A stretch of DNA of 41,654 bases from Candidatus Caldarchaeales archaeon (GTDB lineage: Archaea > Thermoproteota > Nitrososphaeria_A > Caldarchaeales > Wolframiiraptoraceae): positions 1 to 41,654 of the forward strand of contig JBCNVN010000010.1 of assembly GCA_039630055.1 (NCBI GenBank), written 5' to 3'. Positions 9,230 to 19,150 of the stretch are shown piece by piece. Within the stretch, counting starts at the first letter, position 1, and each line of letters opens with the position of its first letter. The position numbers were made by a program, and so were the translations under genes. The notes below the pieces were generated by a model. The model was not told the origin of the DNA. It made no database searches and saw only the letters and a list, made by a program, of their open reading frames with translations.

Positions 9230-10924
9230 CTATAAATGTAACGACTTATTTTTAATCATGATATCTTGTAAGAACAGTTCAAGCCCTGTGGTCGGCAATA
9301 TTATCCTCCAGTTCTCTAACACGTTTGGATGTATCTCTCCAAAATATCCTATCTCTCTAGAATCTACGATTATCCTAGCAGCCCTACCTTCGAAGAATGG
9401 TGGATCATCATATGGTTCAAGATCCCAACTCTCTACTGAGAGATTCTTCAAAACTTCTTCACAGATAGATTTCATCTCTGAGTAAGATGATTCTGCATGG
9501 CATGATACGCATCCCAGCCTAATCCTCCGTACCGCTTTCTCTGGAACATAAGGATTAGGCTCGACTACATCTCCAACCTCAAAGATCTTCTGTGGATATT
9601 GTGTTCCCCTATTGTTGGAAAGGACACGCATCAGGCTGGGTAAGATCCATGTTCTCAATATTGTATAGTCGCTGGATACAGGGTTTAAGAGTTTCACATG
9701 AGGATGTGGTCTCACCATCATCTTCTCATACTCATCTCTCTCATTCGTCAGAGTAAAATTCATAGTCTCAACATATCCCAATCCAATCATAATCTCTCTG
9801 ACGATCTTTTCTAACTCTGTAAGTATGTGGAGTTCTCCATAAGTTAGTACCCTCGGCTGCTTTGGTTGAAGAAGATCATATCCCAATCCCATGGCTACGT
9901 CTTCTATGAAGTCGACTGCATGCATTATATCTACACGATATGGTGGATGGATTATGGTGAGATAGCCTTCTCTAACTGTCACCTCATGCCTCATCTTCTT
10001 CAACGCCATGGAGATCTTGGAGGCTGGTAGGTCTAATCCTAGCAGAGAGTTAATATAATCTATCTTAACCTTCCACTTCTTCACTCTATAATCTGGAGTA
10101 ATCAATACTCTATCACTGTAAATGATCTTAACACGTTCTATTCTTCCTCCAAGATCATGTAGGGTTGTCGTAAGTATGTTGAGGGCTTTATTGAGGTAGT
10201 CTAAGTCTGTTCCAGTTACGTCTATAAAGATATTTTCTGTCTTTGGGCTTAACTCTGTTAAGATAGAGTTTATTATTGGGGGAAAGGATAAAACTTCTCC
10301 ACGAGAATCCAATATAAGTGGATATCTACTCTTATCTTTTAAGATGTGTCTATACTTTAAACCTTTCTCATGGCTTGAGAGTATCTCTTCTAAAGTCATC
10401 TTCTTCCATCCACCTAGAGGTATGAAGCTATATTCATCTCCCCTGACCGCGATATATCTGAAGGGAGGGCTCAGTACATCAAGATTATGTAGTCCTATAG
10501 ATACCTTCTTCCTATCTCTACCAAGTATCCAGTGGAGGTCTTCCTGCATCATTATCAATTCTTCAAGCTTCTCTTCATCTAGCTTCAACCCTCTAACTAT
10601 GGCCGATACGATATATGGTCTAACATCCTTTACGCTAATATCGACTTCAACATATGTTTTCGGCGGAGATAGCTTATATCTCGGTAAGCCGGTCTCAACC
10701 TTTAGCAATCCTTTTGCAGCTCTAGCTATTCCAATACTAGTAGAATAGTCTGGTCTATTTGGATTGTACTCAACCCTTAAGAATTCTTGACCTATCTCTT
10801 CAACGTCTAGACCTAGACGGTGTAGAAGGTCTACCAATTCTACATCCGACAAGCTTCTACCAATAAGCTGCCAGAACCTCTCTTTCTTGATAGTAAGTAT
10901 AGGCAAACCTCTCTCCAATGTCAA
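9230..10924 (-). CDS. pheT: Phenylalanine--tRNA ligase beta subunit (archaeal type); likely start TTG at 10906
   Basis: NPNRPD, VRPYIV, SFPPIINS, IDVTGTD, YRVDIMHAVDFIED, KIFEVG and GEIHP motifs. Confidence 0.95.
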   Translation of the reverse strand: MTLERGLPILTIKKERFWQLIGRSLSDVELVDLLHRLGLDVEEIGQEFLRVEYNPNRPDYSTSIGIARAAKGLLKVETGLPRYKLSPPKTYVEVDISVKDVRPYIVSAIVRGLKLDEEKLEELIMMQEDLHWILGRDRKKVSIGLHNLDVLSPPFRYIAVRGDEYSFIPLGGWKKMTLEEILSSHEKGLKYRHILKDKSRYPLILDSRGEVLSFPPIINSILTELSPKTENIFIDVTGTDLDYLNKALNILTTTLHDLGGRIERVKIIYSDRVLITPDYRVKKWKVKIDYINSLLGLDLPASKISMALKKMRHEVTVREGYLTIIHPPYRVDIMHAVDFIEDVAMGLGYDLLQPKQPRVLTYGELHILTELEKIVREIMIGLGYVETMNFTLTNERDEYEKMMVRPHPHVKLLNPVSSDYTILRTWILPSLMRVLSNNRGTQYPQKIFEVGDVVEPNPYVPEKAVRRIRLGCVSCHAESSYSEMKSICEEVLKNLSVESWDLEPYDDPPFFEGRAARIIVDSREIGYFGEIHPNVLENWRIILPTTGLELFLQDIMIKNKSLHL

Positions 10925-11000
10925 GAACTTAAATAATGTTATAAACCTTACTTAGTTATGTTATTATGAGAATATCTATAAATAGAGTTTAAATTAGTAG

Positions 11001-11426
11001 TTGTCAGAGATGTCTGATGAAGATAGAGAGCTGGACTGGCTGATGAAGAAGAAGCTTATGGAGCTTTACAAGAAGAATATCTCGGAGAAGTCTTCTAAAA
11101 CCATTCACTCTAGACCGATTATTGCTACAGATTACAATTTTGAAGAACTGGTTAAGAAGTATCCAGTAGTCGTAGTAGATTTCTGGGCTGAATGGTGTCT
11201 ACCATGCAGAGTCATCGCTCCTATTATCGAAGATTTAGCAGAGGAGTATGCTGGGAGGGTAGTATTTTTAAAACTTAACGTTGATGAGAATCCTATTACA
11301 TCTTCCCGTTATGGTATAACCAGTATACCTACTCTCATCATATTCAAGGATGGTAGACCTGTAGATGTTATAGTTGGAGCATACCCGAAGAAAGTTATTG
11401 AAGAAAGAATAAGGGCGAGGCTATAG
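11001..11426 (+). CDS. trxA: Thioredoxin with N-terminal extension
   Basis: VDFWAEWCLPC active site, KLNVDEN and SIPTL cis-Pro motif. Confidence 0.9.
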   Translation: MSEMSDEDRELDWLMKKKLMELYKKNISEKSSKTIHSRPIIATDYNFEELVKKYPVVVVDFWAEWCLPCRVIAPIIEDLAEEYAGRVVFLKLNVDENPITSSRYGITSIPTLIIFKDGRPVDVIVGAYPKKVIEERIRARL

Positions 11427-11473
11427 GAAATATTTTTTATATCGATGAAATCAATTATTATAGAGACAATAAA

Positions 11474-12403
11474 TTGACCTTTGAAGGCTTAGAGTTACTT
11501 AAAGAATATGTCGAAGAACTTAGAAGAGAGTTTGATCTATATTTGTACAGGAAGATTAAGAGCAGTGAAGATTCAGATATTATTGAGAGAGCTGTAGCAG
11601 GTGGGAAGAGGCTTAGACCGATACTTTTACTGATGGTCTTCAAAGCATTGAATGGAAAGGATCTTCAAAGAGCTCTAGATGTAGCGATCGCACTCGAGCT
11701 TGCCCACAATGCTAGCCTAGCACATGACGATATCATAGATGTAGACTATATGAGGAGGGGAAAACCGACACTATGGAGACAGATAGGCATCGGTAGAGCA
11801 TTAATCGAGGGTCATAGAATAATAAATTTAGCATTCCGTATTGCGTTGAATGAGGGGATAGAGATCGCCAGGATATTTCTAAATACTTGGGATAGAACTT
11901 CAAATGGTGTCTTATTAGAATTGATGAATAGAGATCTTCCTGGCAAGATTCTCTATATGGAGATCATTAGAAAGAAGACTGCTGCTCTATTCGAGGCTGC
12001 AGCAGAATGTGGAGCAGTTATTGCAGATGCTCCAAGCCAGGTAATCCAAGATATAAAGAGATATGGTGAGAAGTTAGGCATCGTCTATCAGCTTGCAGAT
12101 GATTATGTTGATTTGATTAGGGGAAGATTCACTTTAGGATCTCCTATATTGCTTTATAATAAACTTGAAGAAAAAATTAGACAAATTATTTTATTCATTA
12201 AGCTTGGAAAGATCCCACCTTTAAAGAGGGTATTATCGTCTAGAATTAACTGGAATAAAGATTTTTTGATTGGAGAGATTTTCAAGCATATCAAAGAATC
12301 TCAAGAGATTATAGATAGTATGGATTTTGCTGAGCCTCATAAAACCTACTTAAAAAAGTTTCCTGAATACTGTGTTTATTCAATGATTAATCAAACCACC
12401 TAG
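11474..12403 (+). CDS. Polyprenyl diphosphate synthase (GGPP synthase family)
   Basis: GGKRLRP, FARM HDDIID..RRG, KTAALF and SARM QLADDYVD. Confidence 0.88.
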   Translation: MTFEGLELLKEYVEELRREFDLYLYRKIKSSEDSDIIERAVAGGKRLRPILLLMVFKALNGKDLQRALDVAIALELAHNASLAHDDIIDVDYMRRGKPTLWRQIGIGRALIEGHRIINLAFRIALNEGIEIARIFLNTWDRTSNGVLLELMNRDLPGKILYMEIIRKKTAALFEAAAECGAVIADAPSQVIQDIKRYGEKLGIVYQLADDYVDLIRGRFTLGSPILLYNKLEEKIRQIILFIKLGKIPPLKRVLSSRINWNKDFLIGEIFKHIKESQEIIDSMDFAEPHKTYLKKFPEYCVYSMINQTT

Positions 12404-12463
12404 GATTAAGAAGATTTTTCAAGAAGAGGATTAGACTACTTCTAGGGTTAGAGGAGGATTTTT

Positions 12464-14035
12464 CTGGAACTAGAGACGCTGTTCAAGATACTTGAGGCCA
12501 TAGGATACTCTTGGACGAGGATGACTATAGCTTTGATCGTATCTATATCTTTCTCTATAATCGTTGGGATCGCCGCAGCTGTGAATAAGACGTTAGAGAA
12601 GATAATTATACCTATCTTGGATATTCTCCAATCTATACCGGTGCTTGGATTTTTCCCCATAGCGCTCTATGCATTTATAGCTCTCCATCCAGTAATAGGA
12701 GCCGAGATAGCTGCCATCTTCCTAATATTCACTAGCCAAGTTTGGAATATAACTTTCGGGGTTTATGAGTCTGTTAGGATAATTCCTATCGAGAATCTTG
12801 AACTATCCAATCTTCTAAGATTTAATATTTTGAATAGGATGAAGTACCTGTATATTCCAGCATCATTACCTAAGATTTTCGCAAATCTGCCTTCTTCATG
12901 GGCCAATGGATTATATTTTCTAGTTGCATGCGAGATTATAGCTATAGGTGAAACCGAGTTTAGACTATTTGGGATAGGATCTTTAACGGTTAGCTTTATT
13001 ACTTCTGGAATGATTAGTGAGGCAATAATAGCTTTAATCCTTGTAGCTATCTCCGTAGTCTTAATGAATCTTTTCTTATTTATTCCTATGATAAGAATAG
13101 GTGCTAGATATAGATTCGAGACATATGCAACTGAGGTTCCCCATGCTTGGTTTGAGAAGATCCTTAGACCCATCACTCTACCGATTAAAGTCATACCACA
13201 TAGACCAAGATTTTCAGAATATTGGAGGATCAGCTTACCTATACGTCGCTTGATCATTCTAATAGACAGGTATAGAAGATACATAACTTTCATTATGGCG
13301 TCTACGATAATCTTTGCATTAACATACACTATAAGTCTAGATAATCTATTAGTCTTCTCATATACGGTCTTTCACGGGTTGCAGAGATTGGGGATCATCG
13401 AGCCCTTGATAATGATAGGTTACTCTCTCATAAGAGTGTTAACAAGTATGTTGATAACGTTAGGATGGACTATACCTATCTCTATAATACTGTATGAGAA
13501 GAAGACTCTGGAAAAGATTCTACTACCCATTTTCCAAGCGATAGCATCTTTTCCCGCAACCCTTCTAATACCTCTCATAATCGACCTTGTCTTGAAGACT
13601 AAATTAATGAAGGAGTTTGGAGCACTCATAATAATACTACTAGGAACTCAATGGTATCTATTATTCTCTCTCAGAGGGGCTCTTTCAGTATTACCTAGAG
13701 AAGAAGAAGAACTATCTAAACTATTGAGGATGTCTAGATTGGAGAAATTCTGGTATATATATCTACCACGTATGGCTCCTTCAATGGTTACAGGATGTAT
13801 AGTTACAGTTGGAGGTGGATGGAACACTCTTGTAATAGCAGAGAGAACCGTTCTAGACCACCTTGTTTGGGAGGTTGAAAACCCCGGAATAGGAAAGATG
13901 TTAAACTGGGCAACCTCTCTGGGGGACATAGAGATCCTCATAGCTTCAACGATCTGGATGTCACTATTCATAGTGATATTTAATAGATTGGTTTGGAGAA
14001 GGATATATGAGATAGCCATAAGAAGAATCATCTAG
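12464..14035 (+). CDS. ABC transporter duplicated permease (anion / NitT-TauT-like); ORF track starts at 12521, CTG at 12464 proposed
   Basis: LDILQSIPVLGF and second-half QAIASFPA...GTQWY...GGGWN, typical of the duplicated-permease family; SD GAGGAGG at 12451-12457. Confidence 0.85.
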   Translation: MELETLFKILEAIGYSWTRMTIALIVSISFSIIVGIAAAVNKTLEKIIIPILDILQSIPVLGFFPIALYAFIALHPVIGAEIAAIFLIFTSQVWNITFGVYESVRIIPIENLELSNLLRFNILNRMKYLYIPASLPKIFANLPSSWANGLYFLVACEIIAIGETEFRLFGIGSLTVSFITSGMISEAIIALILVAISVVLMNLFLFIPMIRIGARYRFETYATEVPHAWFEKILRPITLPIKVIPHRPRFSEYWRISLPIRRLIILIDRYRRYITFIMASTIIFALTYTISLDNLLVFSYTVFHGLQRLGIIEPLIMIGYSLIRVLTSMLITLGWTIPISIILYEKKTLEKILLPIFQAIASFPATLLIPLIIDLVLKTKLMKEFGALIIILLGTQWYLLFSLRGALSVLPREEEELSKLLRMSRLEKFWYIYLPRMAPSMVTGCIVTVGGGWNTLVIAERTVLDHLVWEVENPGIGKMLNWATSLGDIEILIASTIWMSLFIVIFNRLVWRRIYEIAIRRII

Positions 14036-14040
14036 AAAAC

Positions 14041-14817
14041 ATGGTTCACAGAAAGACTGCAGAGACACTATTAGATTTAAGAAACATATCTTTCAGTTAC
14101 AAGATGAGGAAGGGGGACAGGTTACAGATATTTGATGGACTCTCTCTAGTTATCACTTATGCTGAGTTTGTAGGTGTTGCAGGACCAAGTGGATGTGGGA
14201 AAAGCACACTGCTCAGAATTATGGCAGGGTTGCTTAAGCCTGATTCAGGAGAAGTCTACTTTAGGGGCAGTCCTCTGAATAGTCCTGACCCTAGAATCTC
14301 GATGGTCTTCCAGAATCCAACCCTTCTACCATGGTACACTGTAATCAAGAATGTTGCAATCAGCTTGATGCATGAGAAGGGGTTAAGCGATAGAGAGAAA
14401 GAGGAGCGGGCAAGGTCTTTTCTAGATATGATGGGTTTGATAGGGTTCGAGAATGCTTATCCAGCAGAGTTAAGTGGAGGCATGAGGCAGAGAGTGGCAA
14501 TAGCTAGAGCTCTAGTATCTCATCCAGACCTACTCTTGATGGATGAGCCCTTCAGCAATCTAGACCAATTAACAGCTATAACTCTGAGAAGAGAACTAGA
14601 GACCTTATGGCTCAACCAGATACTACCGATATCATCAATCGTCTTGGTAAGTCATGATATAGAAGAATTGGTTGAAATGTCGGATAGAGTCATCATACTG
14701 ACTTCTAGACCGTCTAGAGTTGCTGGAATTGTCGATATTTATATGAAGAGGCCGAGGTCACGGAGAAGTCAAGAATTCTACGATTACGTTGATAAGATCT
14801 ATACTTTACTGAGTTAA
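14041..14817 (+). CDS. ABC transporter ATP-binding protein (NitT/TauT family)
   Basis: GPSGCGKST, LSGGMRQRV, LLMDEPF and VSHD. Confidence 0.92.
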   Translation: MVHRKTAETLLDLRNISFSYKMRKGDRLQIFDGLSLVITYAEFVGVAGPSGCGKSTLLRIMAGLLKPDSGEVYFRGSPLNSPDPRISMVFQNPTLLPWYTVIKNVAISLMHEKGLSDREKEERARSFLDMMGLIGFENAYPAELSGGMRQRVAIARALVSHPDLLLMDEPFSNLDQLTAITLRRELETLWLNQILPISSIVLVSHDIEELVEMSDRVIILTSRPSRVAGIVDIYMKRPRSRRSQEFYDYVDKIYTLLS

Positions 14818-14898
14818 TGTTTGAAGAGTTTTAATTTAAAAAATAGAGATCGGTGGAGGATTTGCTGGAAACTTTCTCCATAGAACTCGAATATTATC

Positions 14899-16884
14899 CT
14901 AGTTAGAGATCTTCTCCCCGATCTCTCGAGGTAGCTTATAGTAGGGTAGCTTCCTAAGTTTTTCATGGAAAGACCTATCTTTCAAGGTTTCGACAAATCT
15001 CTTCACACTATCTTTGACTAGCCTATCTCTTCTTATAGCAAAATCGAAAAACTCCTCTGTTAATGGTATAAAATCTAACCCGTAAACTTCTGCAACATAT
15101 CCTAAAGATATTCCCACATCTGCTCTACCTTGAGATACTGCGGAGGCCACGGCAGTATGAGTCTTCACCTCATATGAGTATCCTCTAATCTTCTTTTCAG
15201 GATAATCTACTCCAAGCTCCCTCAACTTTATATCTAGATATGTCCTAACACCAGATCCTTTAACTCTATTAACAAATATTATGTCTTCTCTTAAGATATC
15301 TTCTAAGCTTGTTATCTTTTTCGGATTTCCCTTGGGTATGAGAAGGCCTATAGTTCTGATATATCCTCTAAAGATATCTACTTGACCTTCTAAGTCCATC
15401 TTCTTAAGCATGTGGACATTATAGAGACCCGTCTCTGGGTCGAGTAAGTGTGTGCCAGCAATATCTGCCTCGCCTTTCTTGATAGCTCTCCAGCCAGTCA
15501 TCGATCCCACATTAACCAGTTTAGCATCCCATATTCTTGCTTCATCCAATAGAATGTCGAGAGCGGGGCAATGGCTTCCGATGATAGAAATACTCGATAT
15601 CTTTAACGGCTGAAAGAGTCTAACCTCCACCTCCTCACCCTCAGAGATATACTGCTTTTCTTCATCTACATCTATGAATCCATCTGAGATAGAGAGTGTT
15701 GTAGCTGTCCCCGAATCTCCGAGGAGTGGATAGGCTACCAGCCCACTCGGCGAGGAAACTATCTGGACTGGTAGTAGATTCCGCTTTCCTCTACCAACCT
15801 CAACCCTAAATGGTATTCTCGCTCTGATAATGTTTTCTTCCTCGTGGCCGGCTAGGCCGAGCATCTTCATCAGAATAGGTTTAACTAGAACTATGAAGAT
15901 CATCATGGCAGATAGTGGGAAGCCGGGTAACCCTATCAATAGTTTTTTATCTTCTGTGGCCCCTATCACCATCGGTTTTCCAGGTTTTATCTTTAATCCA
16001 TGGACTAATACTCCTCCAAGATCTTCAAAGACTTTATAGATTATGTCTCCGAAGCCGGCTGAAGTACTTCCAGAGGTTATAACGATATCGTATCTTTTCA
16101 ATGCTTCTTCTACAGATTCTTTGATCTCTCGATAGCTGTCTGGGAGTATTCCTAGGAAATCTACATCTATCCCCATATCTCTCAACAAAGCTCTCAATGC
16201 ATAGCTATTAACATCATATATCTTTCCAGGTTCAAGGTTCTCTGTGATAGGTGTCAATTCATTTCCAGTTGAGAATAATGCAGCTCTAGGTTTAGTGAAG
16301 ACTTTCACCTCTCTACATCCTACAGCGGCTAAGGCTGCAACCTCTCGTGCTCCAAGCCTTCTCCCCCTCCTAAGTATCAGGTCTCCTATAGAAGCATCCG
16401 AGCCTGTCTGAGCAATATTCTCGCCAGGGGAGACCCCTCTAAATACCAATACACTATCTTTATCGATCTTAGTGTATTCGACCATTACTACAGCATTTGC
16501 TCCACGTGGTATCATTGCACCGGTTGATATCTCTACACATGTCCTCGGAGATATCTCGAGATTCGGCATAGATCCAATATCCACTTTACCTATCAATCTT
16601 AATTTAACAGGGTTTGACTCATCTGCAGCATACGTATCTTCAGCGATCACAGCATACCCATCGACAGTGCTCCTATCGAATGGGGGTGAGTCAACTCTTG
16701 CATAAACATCCTCCGCTAATACTCTTCCGTAAACATTAGATAGTGGAAGCAACTCTGATCCTAAAGGCTTGATCCCTTCAAGCTTCTCATCCACTAATCT
16801 TAAAGCTTCTTGAATAGGTAAGAGCTTATGAAAGACTAAAGCCACCACTATACCTCCATATCTATAATTGGCTTCACTTATCAA
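14899..16884 (-). CDS. moeA: Molybdopterin molybdenum/tungsten transferase MoeA fused to C-terminal periplasmic-binding-fold domain; likely GTG start at about 16845-16848
   Basis: PPFDRSTVDGYAV, STGNEL, IKPGKP and GLPGFP, followed by GSHC...GTHLLD...NRVKGSG...THTAVA domain. Confidence 0.92.
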   Translation of the reverse strand: MISEANYRYGGIVVALVFHKLLPIQEALRLVDEKLEGIKPLGSELLPLSNVYGRVLAEDVYARVDSPPFDRSTVDGYAVIAEDTYAADESNPVKLRLIGKVDIGSMPNLEISPRTCVEISTGAMIPRGANAVVMVEYTKIDKDSVLVFRGVSPGENIAQTGSDASIGDLILRRGRRLGAREVAALAAVGCREVKVFTKPRAALFSTGNELTPITENLEPGKIYDVNSYALRALLRDMGIDVDFLGILPDSYREIKESVEEALKRYDIVITSGSTSAGFGDIIYKVFEDLGGVLVHGLKIKPGKPMVIGATEDKKLLIGLPGFPLSAMMIFIVLVKPILMKMLGLAGHEEENIIRARIPFRVEVGRGKRNLLPVQIVSSPSGLVAYPLLGDSGTATTLSISDGFIDVDEEKQYISEGEEVEVRLFQPLKISSISIIGSHCPALDILLDEARIWDAKLVNVGSMTGWRAIKKGEADIAGTHLLDPETGLYNVHMLKKMDLEGQVDIFRGYIRTIGLLIPKGNPKKITSLEDILREDIIFVNRVKGSGVRTYLDIKLRELGVDYPEKKIRGYSYEVKTHTAVASAVSQGRADVGISLGYVAEVYGLDFIPLTEEFFDFAIRRDRLVKDSVKRFVETLKDRSFHEKLRKLPYYKLPREIGEKISN

Positions 16885-16927
16885 TTTAAGAATTTTCTAT
16901 TTTAAAGACTTCAAGAGAAGGTCTAAT

Positions 16928-18208
16928 TCATCTTTTCTCAAGATCTTCCTCAACCATCAGTGGACCGATTAGTTCAACTTCTACCTCTTCTCCTTCATCA
17001 TATCCTTCTAGATCTTCTGGAACCACCAGTATACCATTAGCCTTTGTCAATGTTGATATTAGACCTGATCCGGTCAATATCAATGGATCGACAAGATATT
17101 TTTCTCCAGACTTTATTACTCTGACCCTGACAAAGCTTCTCGTCCCTGATAGTGATGCAACCCTCCTAGTAAGTCTGCCCACTATTCTCGGAGAAGTTTC
17201 GGTAGGAGTTCTCAATAATGCCTCTATAAATGGTTTTACGAGAAGGTTGAAGCCGACTAGTGATGCTACTGGAAAACCGGATAGCATAAAGATAGGTTTT
17301 CCATCTATTACTCCGAAACCCGTAGGTTTACCCGGTCTGATAGTCAATCCATGTACGAGGATTCTTCCCAATCCTCTTACTGCCTCTGGTACTAGATCGC
17401 TTTTACCCATGCTAGTTCCACCTGTAACTATTACTGCATCACATAGTTTTACTCCATCTAGAATCTTCTTCTTGATCAATTCCACATCGTCTCCAACAGT
17501 CCCGAGGTCTACCGGTTCACACCCTGAGGAACTTATCAAGCTCATAAGCATTGGTTTAGAACTGTTTAATATTTTACCAGGTCTAAGCTCTGATCCAAGC
17601 TCTATAAGCTCATCTCCTGTTGATAGTACCCCTATCCTCGGTCTCGCAAATACCTTGACCCTACTTATGTTCAAAGATGCTAGGGCACCTATATGCCAGG
17701 GCTTGATCTTGGTGCCTTTCCCAATTACCATCTCTCCAGATCTAAAATCTTCTCCCCTCCTAGATACATTCTGGAATGGATGTACCGGCCTGTATACCTC
17801 TAACAGGTCTCCTCCAACCTCTTTAGCATCCTCGACCATTACTACAGCATTTGCATTGATGGGTAGAGATGCTCCGGTCGCCACCTCTACAGCTTCACCT
17901 CTACCTATCTTGAGAGATTGTCCAATATCTCCAGCTCTAGACCTACCTACTATTCTGAATTCTACAGGGTTTAATATGGATGCTCCAAAAGTATCTTCAG
18001 CGATTACAGCATATCCATCAACTGCGCTACGATCATGGCTTGGCACATCCATAGGTGCAAATATATCTTCGCCGCATACTCTGTTTAGAGAATCGAGCAG
18101 AGAAACCTCTTCAAGCTCTTTCTCTTTTAAACCTACAAATAAATCTTCCAATATACGAAGAGCTTTATCAACAGAGGTTAATCTCTTAAACCTCTCCTCC
18201 CTCTCCAT
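16928..18208 (-). CDS. moeA: Molybdopterin molybdenumtransferase MoeA (second paralogue)
   Basis: DRSAVDGYAV, STGDEL, TGGTSMG, IRPGKP and LSGFP. Confidence 0.92.
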   Translation of the reverse strand: MEREERFKRLTSVDKALRILEDLFVGLKEKELEEVSLLDSLNRVCGEDIFAPMDVPSHDRSAVDGYAVIAEDTFGASILNPVEFRIVGRSRAGDIGQSLKIGRGEAVEVATGASLPINANAVVMVEDAKEVGGDLLEVYRPVHPFQNVSRRGEDFRSGEMVIGKGTKIKPWHIGALASLNISRVKVFARPRIGVLSTGDELIELGSELRPGKILNSSKPMLMSLISSSGCEPVDLGTVGDDVELIKKKILDGVKLCDAVIVTGGTSMGKSDLVPEAVRGLGRILVHGLTIRPGKPTGFGVIDGKPIFMLSGFPVASLVGFNLLVKPFIEALLRTPTETSPRIVGRLTRRVASLSGTRSFVRVRVIKSGEKYLVDPLILTGSGLISTLTKANGILVVPEDLEGYDEGEEVEVELIGPLMVEEDLEKR

Positions 18209-18288
18209 AAAATCTTCAAATATAAAATTGAGAGACTTAGAATAAATCTTTAATTCTTTAAAATATTTGAGGTAAAGTATTTAACCCA

Positions 18289-18867
18289 ATGTATCAGTAT
18301 ATGTTGATAACCTGCTTACCATATATTTCAACGGGTGGTCTATTGAAGAAGATCAGCTTGATCGTTACTACATTCAGAGGCCAAGAGACGATTGCTATAT
18401 CTGAGCTTAGAGACCTCTTAGTATATCTAGGTGATGCAAACCCTGAGGTAGAGATGACGAAGGTTTCTGGACTTATTACAGCATCCACCAGCCTGGACCC
18501 ATTAGATGTAATCGAGAAGGTGAGGAGCATCCTCTCATCAGAGCCTTGGAGGATTAGCAGTCTCTTAAGATTCATACCTATCGAAGAGACGGTTCCAACT
18601 AGGATCGAGGAGATCGTCAATACTGTTGAAAGATTGTCTAAGAAGATCCCTGAAGGAGCATCTTTCAGGATAACTGTTGAGAAGAGGCATACATCTCTAT
18701 CTAGTAAAGAGATAATAAAAGCTACTGCAGAAAAGGTAGATAGAAGAGTAGATCTTGAAAACCCTGATTACATAGTTTTAGTAGAGATTCTTGGAGGGGT
18801 GACTGGAGTATCCGTAATAAAACCCAACCAGATAATCAGTACGATGAAGAAAGAGAGTATAAACTAG
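18289..18867 (+). CDS. Stand-alone THUMP domain RNA-binding protein (Tan1/THUMPD1-like); likely start TTG at 18343
   Basis: SFRITVEKRH...VDLENPDYIVLVEILG THUMP signature; GGTGG upstream of 18343. Confidence 0.82.
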   Translation: MYQYMLITCLPYISTGGLLKKISLIVTTFRGQETIAISELRDLLVYLGDANPEVEMTKVSGLITASTSLDPLDVIEKVRSILSSEPWRISSLLRFIPIEETVPTRIEEIVNTVERLSKKIPEGASFRITVEKRHTSLSSKEIIKATAEKVDRRVDLENPDYIVLVEILGGVTGVSVIKPNQIISTMKKESIN

Positions 18868-19150
18868 ATTAATGGGGCATTGAGGCTGTGGAATATCGAA
18901 TGGCCATTCCGACCCTTCCATAATCTTCAACTGATGAGACCATCACTTTAGAAGATCGTTACTAAAGAATACTATGATAACTCTAGAGAATTTTAGATGT
19001 AATACACTTGAACTTTCTCCTATTAGAGATGGCCACATGTAGATAATGAGGATCAGTGACCATGAGAGAAAACGGTTTAGAAGAGTTCAACTCATAAAAA
19101 TTTCATTAAGATATCTCTATATATCTGGGATAGGAGATATCGGGATAGAT

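Noticed and set aside
17247-18245. 332-aa plus-strand ORF
   Set aside because: Antisense shadow of moeA; Ser/Pro/Thr-rich with no motifs. The same applies to the other short antisense ORFs in the track.
18931-18975. CUGAUGA as a hammerhead core or fluoride riboswitch
   Set aside because: No stem II plus GAAA core, and no pseudoknot pairing matching the fluoride motif.
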